A stretch of DNA of 64,000 bases from Candidatus Multivoradales bacterium (GCA_965223855.1 CBDCXM010000009.1:2320900-2384899), one strand, 5' to 3'; positions 39,232-49,239 are shown, counted from the first letter of the stretch. A program made the numbers and translations. Notes: a model not told the origin generated them from the sequence alone.

Positions 39232-41271
39232 CTACGGCGTCTCGGACCCTGTCGTGAACAGGATCGTTCCGTAGAGGCCCGAGGCCAGGACGCCGCCCGT
39301 CGAGGGGGCCAGGACATCGCGGCCGAAGCCTACTGAGTAGTCGCCACTCTGCCAGTCCGTCGTTCCGTTCCGGTAGCGGTACAGGCGCCGGTCGCTGCCG
39401 TACCAGATCGTGTCGCCGCGGACAGCAAAGCCGTGAATCGGGTTCTGGGTGATCTGCTGTTCGTCGACCACCACGTAAGTACCCTGCTCGAAGCGCATCG
39501 TGGTCAGCACTCCGTCGTTACCCGCCAGTCTGATGAGGGGCGAGCCGTAGCTCGGTGCCACGGAAAGATCCGTGAAAGCGCCTTCGAGCGAGAACTCGGT
39601 CTCGCCGGTGCGCGCGTCGAGAACGAGCAGCTCTCCGAAGGAGCCGTGGCTCTTGAGCGCCAGGAGCTCCGGCGCCGGGTCACGATCTGTGTTTCCTACC
39701 CGTAGAGCCGTGGCAGGCGGGCTCCCGTCGGTCGTTCTCCAGAGCTCTCGACCGTCTCGCGCGTCGAACGCCGCGATGTAGGCGCCGGCCGGGTCACTCA
39801 CGCCGGCGATGAAAGCCCTCAATCTTTCGTTGCCGAGGCCCTCGACAGAGGTGAAGGAGGTCGTGGCGGAGTCGAAGGTCTTGCGCCCGATCGACTTGAA
39901 CCCGTCTCCTCGGAACTTCCAGGCGTCCAGGGAGGAGCCATGGGTGTGGCTTCCCGCGAAGAGGATCTCGGCACACCCGTCGCGATCCACGTCTCGCACC
40001 CTGAGGTCGACCGCTCTCGTCGCGTCCCTGTCGCCGGCTCGAAGCACGGTTCTGATGGCGAGAGTCACGGGGTCGAGGACAAGAACCGCTGCCGGATCGG
40101 CACCGGACAGTTGGCTGCCCGCGGCGACGACCAGCTCGGGCTCCCCGTCACAGTCGACATCGGCCTCCTCCGGTCCGAGGAAGGGGCCCCGCAACGACAG
40201 ACTGCGCCACTCCGGCTTGCCCGTCGCCCCGTTCGTGGCGTGAAGATAGTCGGGGCCGGAGCTGTGACCGCCGGCGCTCCAGAAGACCTCCTTGATTCCG
40301 TCTCCGTCGAGGTCCTGAACCGCGAAGCCCTTGGTCGTGTCTCCCTGGCTGACCCACTCGCGCAGCAGAGTCGAGGTGTCGTAGGCATTGACTCCACCGG
40401 GGCCGTCGAAGACCACCTCAATCGCGCGGTCGTCATCCAGGTTGCCGAGGCCGATCTTGCCTCGCGATTGGACGCCGAGCGTCCAGAGCTCCGACCGGGT
40501 CTCCACGTCCCACGCATAGACCGACGAGAGATAGGTGCCGACGAGCTCCAGGTTGCCGTCGTGGTCGAGGTCCGCCGCGCTCAGGCCCAGCGTCCTGTAT
40601 TCGGCGAACCGCCAGACAGGCTCGAGGGTCGGCAGATCGAAGACCCAGCCGCCGTCCACCGCCACCTCCAGATCGGCATCACCGTCCATCTGTCCCAACA
40701 CCAGGCTGGTGCTGTAGAAGTCGTCGACGGCCGCGAGGCGCTGGCCCGAAGAGGAGAACAGCGCCAACTGGCAGTCGATACCGACGAACTCGGGAGCCGG
40801 ACCGCCGAACAGGTCGACGGCTTCCACCGCCTGGAGCGAACATCCGGACCGTACCTGCAGCTGTACCGCCCCCAGCTCCCGCTTGTCGGTGGCGGAGAAG
40901 AAGCGAACTCTGCCGGTGACGCCTGCCGCGTAGATCCGGCGTTCACTGATGCCGGGAGCCTCGCGAACGACCCCGACCTGAGCGAGGATTCCCAGGCTGT
41001 CGCTCACGAAGGCGGTTCGGTATCCGTCCGACTCGGTCGGCTTGACGGTGTACCAGTAGGCGCCGGGATGCGGCGCGGTCGCCAGCATCTCCCGATCGAT
41101 GCCGGGCGAGAGCGGCATCAGACCCGCCTCTCCGATCCGGGTGCCGAAGCTCGCGAGCCCCCGAATCGGCCGCGGCTCCGAGTCCACGTCGGTCTGTCCC
41201 GAGGCGACACCTGTCGAGAACAACGCGACAAGCGATGCAGCCAGCAGCCCGGGTGAACGGCGGAGGTTCAC
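39232..41271 (-). CDS. Secreted FG-GAP/VCBS-repeat protein
   Basis: Repeated DxDxDGxxE motifs (DLDHDGNLE, DLDGDGIKE, DVDCDGEPE, DVDRDGCAE). Confidence 0.75.
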   Translation of the reverse strand: MNLRRSPGLLAASLVALFSTGVASGQTDVDSEPRPIRGLASFGTRIGEAGLMPLSPGIDREMLATAPHPGAYWYTVKPTESDGYRTAFVSDSLGILAQVGVVREAPGISERRIYAAGVTGRVRFFSATDKRELGAVQLQVRSGCSLQAVEAVDLFGGPAPEFVGIDCQLALFSSSGQRLAAVDDFYSTSLVLGQMDGDADLEVAVDGGWVFDLPTLEPVWRFAEYRTLGLSAADLDHDGNLELVGTYLSSVYAWDVETRSELWTLGVQSRGKIGLGNLDDDRAIEVVFDGPGGVNAYDTSTLLREWVSQGDTTKGFAVQDLDGDGIKEVFWSAGGHSSGPDYLHATNGATGKPEWRSLSLRGPFLGPEEADVDCDGEPELVVAAGSQLSGADPAAVLVLDPVTLAIRTVLRAGDRDATRAVDLRVRDVDRDGCAEILFAGSHTHGSSLDAWKFRGDGFKSIGRKTFDSATTSFTSVEGLGNERLRAFIAGVSDPAGAYIAAFDARDGRELWRTTDGSPPATALRVGNTDRDPAPELLALKSHGSFGELLVLDARTGETEFSLEGAFTDLSVAPSYGSPLIRLAGNDGVLTTMRFEQGTYVVVDEQQITQNPIHGFAVRGDTIWYGSDRRLYRYRNGTTDWQSGDYSVGFGRDVLAPSTGGVLASGLYGTILFTTGSETP

Positions 41272-41566
41272 GACGGGCAGAGTCTAGCAAGGAAGGGCCG
41301 ATGCTCCCGGAGCTGCCGCGCCGGAAGCCTGAGAGCTCGCCAGAGCGTCACGGAGACGAGGATGCCCGAGCTCGCTCGCCCGGTACGGAGCTGGAGCCGG
41401 GAAAGTCGGGGAGTCGCGGCCCCGTTGGTATGCCTCGCGGTACTGCTGTAGATAGTTGTGTAGCGGGATGGCTCGATTGCAAAGCCGTGCCCCAGAGCAC
41501 AGAATCAGCGCCTGTTTGCAGGGTGAACAGCTGCCATCTCATCCCGGGGGGGCCGGAATCGGATGC

Positions 41567-42238
41567 ATGCGAAACACCCGAATCAGGAAGGCCTTGTGCT
41601 CGCGCCGCTCCCGCGGCTACACGCTGGTGGGGATGATGGTGGCGGTCACCATCATCGCCGCCTCGCTGGCGTTCGTCCTGCCGGCGTTCCAGAACTGGAT
41701 TCAACGGGCTCGCGTGGAGGGGTTCGGCAGAGAGCTGTCCGTGCTGCTCCGCCAGGCTCGGAGCGTGGCGGTTCGCGACGGCGTGCCCGTGGTCGTCGCC
41801 CTCGACGAGGACAGCGGCGCGGTGTTCGCGTTCCTGGATCGCTCCGAGGCGAGGCCGGTCGGCCCCGACGACGGGGTCTTCAACCCGGATGATGGCCTGC
41901 CTTCGGACCTCACGGATCTCCAGATCGGACGGCGCTTCCTTCCCGGTGGTGTCGGCTTCCTGACGCCTGGGGGAGACGACCTGATCGACGGCTTCACGAG
42001 GGTCGGCGCCGAGCGGGTCGCCGTGTTCGAGCCGGACGGCTGCGTTCGCAACAGCGGGGCGTTTCGTTTCGGAGATCAGTGGGGCAACTATCTCGAGGCG
42101 CGAGTCGGACCGGCGGCCTCCGCCCGCGTTCAACTCAGAAAGCACACCTCCGCCGGAGGCGGCGCCAACTGGCAAACGCGCGAGGAGGCCCCCTGGGAGT
42201 GGTACTGGGGCAAAGGCCGGCAGGCGACCGAATCGTGA
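41567..42238 (+). CDS. FimT/GspH-like minor pilin
   Basis: Basic leader, G|YTLVGMMVAVTII hydrophobic helix, ARSVAVRDGVPVVV; E5 replaced by G. Confidence 0.7.
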   Translation: MRNTRIRKALCSRRSRGYTLVGMMVAVTIIAASLAFVLPAFQNWIQRARVEGFGRELSVLLRQARSVAVRDGVPVVVALDEDSGAVFAFLDRSEARPVGPDDGVFNPDDGLPSDLTDLQIGRRFLPGGVGFLTPGGDDLIDGFTRVGAERVAVFEPDGCVRNSGAFRFGDQWGNYLEARVGPAASARVQLRKHTSAGGGANWQTREEAPWEWYWGKGRQATES

Positions 42239-42639
42239 CCGGCTCCGGGGCTCTAGGGCGACGAAGCGCACAGAGGGGGATCCTCGTCCTCCTGTCCGCC
42301 CTGTTTTGCGGGAGCCTCGCCTGCTCGTCACCGCCCGCCGAGGTTCCGGCCGAGATCCTGGGTACCTGGACGACTGGCGCCGCGGGCTTCGAAGGTCGGG
42401 CGATCGAGATCCGCTCCGAGGCGATCGAGTTCGCCAACGGGGGCGATGCGACGGTCTCGCACTGGGTCACCGCGGTCGAGGTCGGCGAGGCCGCTGACGG
42501 GCAGCGCCCGATGGTGATCGTGTACGAGGGCGAGGGCGGCAACGAGTATCGCCTCGGAGTGATCCACGATCGGGCCGAGGGCACGCTGAGGCTGCGTCAT
42601 CGGGGAGCGGTCGAGTGGCGTCGGGGGAGCGGAAGGTGA
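42235..42639 (+). CDS. Small putative lipoprotein
   Basis: GTG overlapping upstream stop; ILVLLSALFCGSLAC then ILGTW. Confidence 0.6.
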   Translation: MTGSGALGRRSAQRGILVLLSALFCGSLACSSPPAEVPAEILGTWTTGAAGFEGRAIEIRSEAIEFANGGDATVSHWVTAVEVGEAADGQRPMVIVYEGEGGNEYRLGVIHDRAEGTLRLRHRGAVEWRRGSGR

Positions 42640-43136
42640 CCGGGCCCGGGCTCGAGCGTCGCCCTGCCCCGCAACCCGACCCGCGTCTCGGCCGGGCCGT
42701 CGGCTTCACGGTGCTGGAGACCCTCATCGCCGTGACGCTCGTCGGCGTGCTGGCAGCGATCGTCGTGCCCTATGTCCTGGGCGAGCTCAAGAAGAGCCGG
42801 GAGCTGCGCGTCCTCGGCGATCTGCGGGCGATCGAAGCAGCGATCGAGACCTATCAGGCCGACCTCGCCGATCTGCCCGACGACCTCGACCAGGTCGGCA
42901 TGGACGTCCCGCTCGATCCCTGGGGGCACGAGTACCGCTACTTCCCGTTCAAGGGCAACAACTGGAGGGGTAGCGCCCGCAAGGACCGCTTCCTCGTACC
43001 GATCAACTCGACCTACGACCTCTACAGCGTCGGCCCCGACGGAGAGTCGCGGCCGCCGCTGACTGCCCCCCAGAGCTGGGACGACCTGATCCGGGCCAAC
43101 AACGGCGAGTACATGGGCCCCGCGTCGGAGTACTAG
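42636..43136 (+). CDS. GspG-like prepilin/pseudopilin
   Basis: G|FTVLETLIAVTLVGVLAAIVVP, DPWGHEYRY, YDLYSVGPDG, DDLIRANNG. Confidence 0.85.
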   Translation: MTGPGLERRPAPQPDPRLGRAVGFTVLETLIAVTLVGVLAAIVVPYVLGELKKSRELRVLGDLRAIEAAIETYQADLADLPDDLDQVGMDVPLDPWGHEYRYFPFKGNNWRGSARKDRFLVPINSTYDLYSVGPDGESRPPLTAPQSWDDLIRANNGEYMGPASEY

Positions 43137-43146
43137 GGACTGGAGG

Positions 43147-44763
43147 ATGCTGAGTTCCCTGTCGAGTCGCGTCGGTCGTCGTCTGGTCTTCCTGTTCGGC
43201 GTCTCGGCGATCGTGCCGCTGCTCGGCCTCGCCACGCTGTCGTACTTCGCGGTGAGCGACTACCTCCTCGAGTCGAGCCGCAACGAGCTGCGGGTCGGCA
43301 GCAAGTCCTACGGCATGAGCCTGCTGGAGCGCCTGCAGGCGCTCGAAGCGGCGCTCGACGAGGCGGCGCCCCTCGCGGAGGGGGGAGAGCTGCCGGAGGC
43401 GAGGCGGGAACTGCTGGCTCGATACTTCGAGTGGCTCGGTGTCCTCGAACCCGGTTCGACGGCGCGGACTCTGGTCGGCGACGCGGCCGCGGCGCCCGCC
43501 GACGAGCATCTGCTTTCGCTCGGCTCTCTCTCCAGCGACGCGACCTCGGTGACCCACCGCCCTGTCCTGCTCGCCATCCGACGGCCGACGGCCGACGGCG
43601 GGTTCCGCATCCTCGCCGGGCGCCCCACCGAGAGCTACCTGTGGTGGGGCTCGGTGGGCGAAAGCACGCTCCCCGCCAGCACAGGTGTCGTTGTCCGTGC
43701 CGACGGCGAGATCGTTCACGTGACCCTGGCGGAGCGAGGCACCGAGGCGCATGGTCGAAGAGCGCTGACGCCGGCGCCCCCGGTCGAGCAGTCGGTGGGT
43801 GGGCACTGGACCCTGCCGTTGAGCCTGAGTTTCGAAGGCGAGGACTGGGAGATCGCCTGGATCCGTTCGAGAGACGATGTGCTCCGACCGGTCCGCCGCT
43901 TCACCGGCACCTTCGCATTGGTCCTGACGGCGACGCTGCTCGGCGTCGCCCTGCTGGCGCTGACCCAGATTCGCCGCTTCCTCGAGCCGCTGGGTGAGCT
44001 GGGCGTCGGCGTGAGGCGGGTGGCGCGGCAGGACTTCTCGACTCCGGTGAAGGTCTCGAGCGGCGACGAGTTCGAGGACCTGGCGAAGTCGTTCAACGGC
44101 ATGACGCAGCAGGTGGAGACCCTCATCGGGGAGCTGCGACGCCACCAGCTCGGGACGCTGCGCTCACTGGCGCGAACGATGGACGAGCGCTCGCCGTGGA
44201 CGCTCGGCCACTCGGGACGGGTGGCCGATCTGTGCCGGCGGATCGCCCAGGTGATGGCGCTTCCGGACCGGGAAGTGCGGACGCTCTACCGGGCCGGTCT
44301 GCTCCACGACATCGGCAAGCTGCGACTGCCGACCGAGCTGCTCGAGAAGCCCGCCGTGCTCACGCCGTCGGAATTCGAGCAGATTCAGGAACACGTCGAG
44401 GCCGGAGTCCGGATTCTCGCGCCGATCCCCGGGTATGGGGCGGTCACCAAGGTCGTGGAGGAGCATCACGAGCGACTCGACGGCACGGGCTACCCGCGCG
44501 GGCTGTCCGGCGACGACATCTGCCTGGGAGCGCGGGTTCTTGCGGTGGCCGATTCGTTCGACGCTCTCTCGAGCGACCGTCCCTACAGGCCTCGATTCAC
44601 CCGAGCCGAGGCGCTCCAGGAACTCCACAACGGCTCCGGCACGCTCTACGACCCGGAGGTACTGGCAGCGTTGGAGGTAGCCCTGGCGCTCGACCCGGCT
44701 CGTCACGCGGATCGGAGCGCCGTCGTCGAAGAGCCCTCGGACAGGGCCGAGTCCGCGAACTAG
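43147..44763 (+). CDS. Membrane sensor: TM-periplasmic domain-TM-HAMP-HD-GYP cyclic dinucleotide phosphodiesterase
   Basis: HAMP (PLGEL...GDEFEDLAKSFNGM), GHSGRV, LHDIGK, HHERLDGTGYP, VADSFDAL, RPY. Confidence 0.9.
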   Translation: MLSSLSSRVGRRLVFLFGVSAIVPLLGLATLSYFAVSDYLLESSRNELRVGSKSYGMSLLERLQALEAALDEAAPLAEGGELPEARRELLARYFEWLGVLEPGSTARTLVGDAAAAPADEHLLSLGSLSSDATSVTHRPVLLAIRRPTADGGFRILAGRPTESYLWWGSVGESTLPASTGVVVRADGEIVHVTLAERGTEAHGRRALTPAPPVEQSVGGHWTLPLSLSFEGEDWEIAWIRSRDDVLRPVRRFTGTFALVLTATLLGVALLALTQIRRFLEPLGELGVGVRRVARQDFSTPVKVSSGDEFEDLAKSFNGMTQQVETLIGELRRHQLGTLRSLARTMDERSPWTLGHSGRVADLCRRIAQVMALPDREVRTLYRAGLLHDIGKLRLPTELLEKPAVLTPSEFEQIQEHVEAGVRILAPIPGYGAVTKVVEEHHERLDGTGYPRGLSGDDICLGARVLAVADSFDALSSDRPYRPRFTRAEALQELHNGSGTLYDPEVLAALEVALALDPARHADRSAVVEEPSDRAESAN

Positions 44764-45230
44764 TCCTCGAGTACGCCGGGCCAGTTTTCGTCGGCCTTCT
44801 CGATATTGGCGTCGCGATCCTCCTGCCACTGCGACATGACGCTCAGGCTGTAGTTGAGGAAGAGTCGGTCGCCGACGACGGTCCATGCCTCAGGATCGGT
44901 GGAGGCGGTGTAGCCGCGGCTGACCGCCCAGGCGCAGTAGCCGCCGTATTGCGGCGCCCATCGCTCGGGGTCCTCGGCGAAGCGGTCACGGTTCTCGGCG
45001 CTGGCGAAGCGCCACTCCGCGCCGTTCCACTCGTAGGTGTGGTCGCTCGATCCTTCGACCGGTTCGGCTTCGGTGAAGTAGACGACCGGGTCGTAGCCGC
45101 GGATGGCGACGTTGCTGAGGGTGGTGGTGAACACCGGGTCCTCGGCGGCCGCGGCGGGGGTGGGAATCGTCAGCAGCGCGAGAAGGGCGGCTGCTACCGG
45201 GAGTCGCAGGAACAGGAATCGACAGGTCAT
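44760..45230 (-). CDS. Secreted YHS-domain protein
   Basis: AIRGYDPVVYF, WRFASAENRDRF, PQYGGYCAW; ATG 45230. Confidence 0.85.
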   Translation of the reverse strand: MTCRFLFLRLPVAAALLALLTIPTPAAAAEDPVFTTTLSNVAIRGYDPVVYFTEAEPVEGSSDHTYEWNGAEWRFASAENRDRFAEDPERWAPQYGGYCAWAVSRGYTASTDPEAWTVVGDRLFLNYSLSVMSQWQEDRDANIEKADENWPGVLED

Positions 45231-45352
45231 CGGCTCTCCGATCTGGTGGCGTTGGCCTGCCACTCTATCGGCGGTTTCGCGCATACGCCTGGATCGGTCA
45301 CAGGCCGCTCGTGCCTTGACGGCGCCGGAACCGCCCTCGAAGCGGTCCCGCT

Positions 45353-46927
45353 TCAGCGAGAGGCGTTGGACGCCGCCGCCGCCGCTGCGTCTTCCGGCAC
45401 CTCGAAAGCAAACGGCAGCGGCTCGAGCTCGGTCGCGCAACCGATGTCGACTCCGTCGAGCGACGAAGCCTCCGCCAGTTGACCGATCGCGCCCAGCCAG
45501 CACGCCGCCGCCGCTTCGTCGAGGGCCCCGTGTCCGCGGTGGGCCAGGACCATGTGGAGGCTGCGGGAGAGGGTGCGAGCGACGAGGTCGCCGTTGGCGA
45601 CCGGGGTCACCGGGTCGAGTTCGCCGCTGATCAGCAGTACCGGCACCGAGGAAACCAGCGGCTCGCGCATGTGCGGGTCGGCCTCGCCCCGGGGCCAGAC
45701 TTGGCAGATGTCGAGCTGCTGCTGCATCCGGTACATCCCCAGCACCGTGCCGTTCGAGGACGCGATCTCGCGTTCGAGATCGACGAAGGGGAGATCCTCG
45801 GCGCAGGTCATCGAGAAATAGAGGCCCTTGTAGAAGTTCACGCTGATGTCGTAGTAGGCGAGAGCGATGAGGCTCAGGAGTGGCTCGTAGTCACCTCCAT
45901 GGGCGGCGGCGATGAGCTGCGGGAAGCGGGCGAGTACCGGTGCCCGATAGGCGAGGAACCTCAGCCCCATGACGAACTCACCGTAGGCGAGGGTGACGTC
46001 CTGCGGCTGGTCGAAGGCCGGGTGGGTGACCGTGGCTCGCGCCGGCTCGTCCCCGACCCGCGCGAGGACTTCGGCCAGCTGCTGGGCGAACTGCGGGTAG
46101 GCGCCGTGGCACACCGCGTCGTTTGCGCAGAGCTCGACGAGCTGGTCGAGGGCGTCCTGCTGAGAGCGTGCGAACCCCGAGGGGGCGGTCATCGAGGGCG
46201 GCGCCACCCCGAGGAGCACCGCGAACTCGATGCGCTCCGGGTGGCGGCGCACGGTCTCCTGTGCGAGCCGGGTGCCGTAGGAGCCGCCGAAGAGCGCCAT
46301 CCGGGGGTAGCCGAGAGCCGCTCGCACGTCGTCGAGGTCGTCGGCGGCGTAGGAGGTCGTGTACTGGGTGAGGTCTGCGTCCGGCGACAGCGCGTCGCGG
46401 CACCGACGCACGTCCTCGAGGCGCAGCAGGTAGGTCATGTGGGGCTGCAACCGGTCGGCAGGTCCGGCCGGCAGGCACTGCAGCGGCGCTGAGCGTCCGG
46501 TGCCTCGTATGTCGACGAAGACGAGATCGCGGGCGCCGAGGAAAGGAGTGATGTAAGGGCCGAGGCCCCCTGCGGAGGCGGTCGCCGCGTCACCCGGGCC
46601 GCCGGCGAGGAAGAACAGTGGAGGCTTCGCGCCGTCGGGGTCGGGATCGGCTGCCGGCAGGACCACTGTGAAGAGCGCCAGCGTCCGCCCGGTCTCCGCG
46701 AGGCGATTCTCGTAGACCTCCACGGTGCCGCATCTCGCCTCCGAAGGCAGTCCGAGTTCCGCTGCGCATGGCTGTGGTGTCCATGATCGAGGTGTTGCCT
46801 CTTCCGCGGCCGAAGCGCCGGCCGCCGTCAGGAGGAGGCCCGTCAGCAGAGCCGCCAGGGAAGCGTGAGGGACGGAAGGCCGCGGAGCGACAGGTGGCAG
46901 GGGCGGAGCGCATCGCAGTGGCTTCAT
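45353..46927 (-). CDS. Secreted alpha/beta-hydrolase, S33/TAP-like peptidase
   Basis: LAGGPG, DIRGTGRS, GGSYG, GELDPVTP, GHG. Confidence 0.85.
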   Translation of the reverse strand: MKPLRCAPPLPPVAPRPSVPHASLAALLTGLLLTAAGASAAEEATPRSWTPQPCAAELGLPSEARCGTVEVYENRLAETGRTLALFTVVLPAADPDPDGAKPPLFFLAGGPGDAATASAGGLGPYITPFLGARDLVFVDIRGTGRSAPLQCLPAGPADRLQPHMTYLLRLEDVRRCRDALSPDADLTQYTTSYAADDLDDVRAALGYPRMALFGGSYGTRLAQETVRRHPERIEFAVLLGVAPPSMTAPSGFARSQQDALDQLVELCANDAVCHGAYPQFAQQLAEVLARVGDEPARATVTHPAFDQPQDVTLAYGEFVMGLRFLAYRAPVLARFPQLIAAAHGGDYEPLLSLIALAYYDISVNFYKGLYFSMTCAEDLPFVDLEREIASSNGTVLGMYRMQQQLDICQVWPRGEADPHMREPLVSSVPVLLISGELDPVTPVANGDLVARTLSRSLHMVLAHRGHGALDEAAAACWLGAIGQLAEASSLDGVDIGCATELEPLPFAFEVPEDAAAAAASNASR

Positions 46928-47025
46928 GCCCAGGGACTACGAAGCCTCCACCGCGCCAGTTTCAGGATTGACCGTTCGGCTGCGGGTTGCTCCTTCCAGG
47001 CCAGCGCGTTCCTGAGGACTCGCTC

Positions 47026-47529
47026 CTACGATCCCGAGATCCAGGCCCAGACGGGTCTGGCGCCCACCCACCCGGCAGCGAGGCCGAGGCCCGTGACGAG
47101 TGCGAGGGTGAAGATCGGGTAGAGGCACTCGAGGGTGAAGCCCCGCTCCAGCACCGACGACTCCGCGTCTTCGGGCGAGTAGAAGACGTCCACCCCTTCA
47201 CCGACCGGATAGGGAGCGATGCGCCGCTCGGCCCGGGACCGGCTGGCGTAGGGCAGCACACACCCGTTGAGGCACGTGCCCTCGTACTCGCGGCCGGCCA
47301 CACGATAGGCATAGGCGACCAGGTAGCGGTGACCCGGAAGGCCGTTGGCCGACCGGTTCGGGCGCACCTCGGAACGGACGATGCGACCCGGCACGGACGG
47401 CCATCGTCGGCTCCTGGCGCACAGCGCCAGCGAGCCGAACGCCCATGCCGAGTAGATCGCGGCGAAGAGCAGGAGGAGCAGCCCGAGGAGGATGCCCAGG
47501 AGGCTCGCGAGCAGGTAGAGGCTGGTCAA
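47026..47529 (-). CDS. DUF3592-family membrane protein
   Basis: WPSVPGRIVRS, YAYRVAGREY, YPVGEGVDVFYSP. Confidence 0.8.
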   Translation of the reverse strand: MTSLYLLASLLGILLGLLLLLFAAIYSAWAFGSLALCARSRRWPSVPGRIVRSEVRPNRSANGLPGHRYLVAYAYRVAGREYEGTCLNGCVLPYASRSRAERRIAPYPVGEGVDVFYSPEDAESSVLERGFTLECLYPIFTLALVTGLGLAAGWVGARPVWAWISGS

Positions 47530-47678
47530 CGGATGCGTCGCATTCTACGAACGGTGCACAACGGCACTCTCACATGCCCCCCTGCCGGCCGCGGCACCTC
47601 GATCGCCCGGCGCTCCGTTCCGACGCACGATTGTTGGGGGCCGCCAAGTTCCGGCCAGTCGGCGGCAGGGCGGCGAAG

Positions 47679-48767
47679 CTACTTCGAGTCGGCCCAGTGA
47701 GCGTCGTAGGCGGCCATGATCTGGCCGTACTGCTCGCGCGAGTCTGCCAACAGGAGAACGCGAAGCGCCTCCTGCTTGTCGTCCGCGGCGTCGTAGTAGG
47801 CCTCGCACATCCGCATCCCCACGTAGTAGCCGATCTGCCAGGGCGCGTCGGGAAAGGCGGGATTGCGTCCGTGGAACCAGCCGGGGTGGTCGGCGCTCGG
47901 TGCGTCGGCGTGCTTGCGGAACTCGCGCCACAGCGCCTCTTCGTGGGCGTCCCCGTACGCGAGCTGATCGGCCGTGGAGGCGCCGGACGCCAGACGGGCC
48001 AGGAGATCGGCGCCGCCTTCCCGGACGGCTCTCGCGAGGAGAGTGTCGGCACCCTCTTCCACGTACAGTCTGATGTAGTCGATCTCCCCCTGCAGGAGGG
48101 TCTGGTACCAGTGCACCATCTCGTGAGCCGCGACGAAGGACAGCGTGTCGAGGGGCTGCATCAGCTGCTTGCCCGCGGGGAAGAAGCCCTTCTCGGCGAA
48201 CTCGCCGAGAGGGGCGTCGGCGTTGCGTCCGAAGTAGTCGACGGCGACCAGGCTGCCCGTCGCTTCGGCGCTTCCACCGCCGCCCATCGGGGAGACGAAA
48301 TAGTAGGTGGGGAGGATGGAGAGAGTTTCGTGCTCCATGGCGTCACCCACGAGATCGCGCAATCGCACGAGGTCGGCGGAGATCCCGGCTTCGAGAGCGC
48401 GGAGGGCGGGCTCGAGTCCGCCGAGGTAGGCGAGGAATCGAGGGTAGTTCTCGTACGCGGTCGCGTACTTCTGCGCCGAGATGTCGTAGCGAGTCGACCA
48501 GGTCGCGAGGCCGGCGCCTGCGCCGTCCAGGTACTTCTGGAAGGCGGCTTCGGGGTCGGCGCCGCTCTCGATGCTCGCAATCGCAACCGCGAAGCGCCTG
48601 ATGTCTCCGTAGTCGAAGGAAGGGAATCTCAAGTCGGTAGCGCCGGCAGGGGGGCTCAGCGAGAATGACGTCAGCACCGTTGCCGTCAGCGCCAGGATCA
48701 GGACGAGGCGGGCCGGTAGTTTGGACAGACCACGGCAACCTCTGCTCGCGGCAGGCGGCCGGTTCAC
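47679..48767 (-). CDS. Secreted DUF2268-like predicted Zn protease
   Basis: AHEMVHWYQ...REGGAD, IGYYVG. Confidence 0.7.
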   Translation of the reverse strand: MNRPPAASRGCRGLSKLPARLVLILALTATVLTSFSLSPPAGATDLRFPSFDYGDIRRFAVAIASIESGADPEAAFQKYLDGAGAGLATWSTRYDISAQKYATAYENYPRFLAYLGGLEPALRALEAGISADLVRLRDLVGDAMEHETLSILPTYYFVSPMGGGGSAEATGSLVAVDYFGRNADAPLGEFAEKGFFPAGKQLMQPLDTLSFVAAHEMVHWYQTLLQGEIDYIRLYVEEGADTLLARAVREGGADLLARLASGASTADQLAYGDAHEEALWREFRKHADAPSADHPGWFHGRNPAFPDAPWQIGYYVGMRMCEAYYDAADDKQEALRVLLLADSREQYGQIMAAYDAHWADSK

Positions 48768-49150
48768 GACAGCCCCCGAGCGGGTTCACGCCGGCGTCTC
48801 TCTCTCGATCGCACCAGTCCCACGAGCACGCACAGGGCCAGGCACCCTGCTGCGAACCACGGTGACCCGATACCGGAGCGAAGGTGGGTGGCGATCGCTC
48901 CCACCATCACGGCTGCCAGCACGGCCGAACCGTAGGGTGCCGTTCGAGGTACGAGTAGCAGGCAGGCTCCCATCGCTTCCGCAGCGCCGACCGTGGGGAT
49001 CGTCCATTGCGGGAGCCCCCATGCCGCGAACCGCGCGACCATCGAGGACCCCGGCGCGAGTTTCGGTATGGCGGAGGCAGCGAAGAGCAGGGAGAGGAGG
49101 ATCGTCACTGCCCAGAGGGCGAGTGGGGCGAATCTTGCGAGCCTCGGCAT
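48764..49150 (-). CDS. DoxX-family membrane protein
   Basis: FAASAIPKL, FAAWGLP, GAAEAMG, MVGAIATH; GGAGG RBS before ATG 49150. Confidence 0.85.
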   Translation of the reverse strand: MPRLARFAPLALWAVTILLSLLFAASAIPKLAPGSSMVARFAAWGLPQWTIPTVGAAEAMGACLLLVPRTAPYGSAVLAAVMVGAIATHLRSGIGSPWFAAGCLALCVLVGLVRSRERRRREPARGLS

Positions 49151-49200
49151 TGAGGGTACCTCCGCGAGAGTGCGACGTTGATGGCTGGAGAGCACTAAAA

Positions 49201-49239
49201 TACGTTTCGTAATATACGGTTCGAGAGAGACTCCGTCAA
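49201..49239 (-). promoter_or_regulatory. Sigma70 promoter of doxX with adjacent palindromic operator candidate
   Basis: Minus strand TTGACG (49239-49234), 17 nt, TATATT (49216-49211); palindrome TACG-TTT-CGTA at 49201-49211. Confidence 0.6.

Noticed and set aside
41464-41547. c-di-GMP-I riboswitch upstream of the pilin/HD-GYP operon
   Set aside because: GCAAAGCC (41479-41486) and alternative pairings (GATGGC/GCCATC, CGGGAT/ATCCCG) are present, but the GGCAAAC...GNRA P2 element is missing. An Infernal/Rfam scan would settle it.
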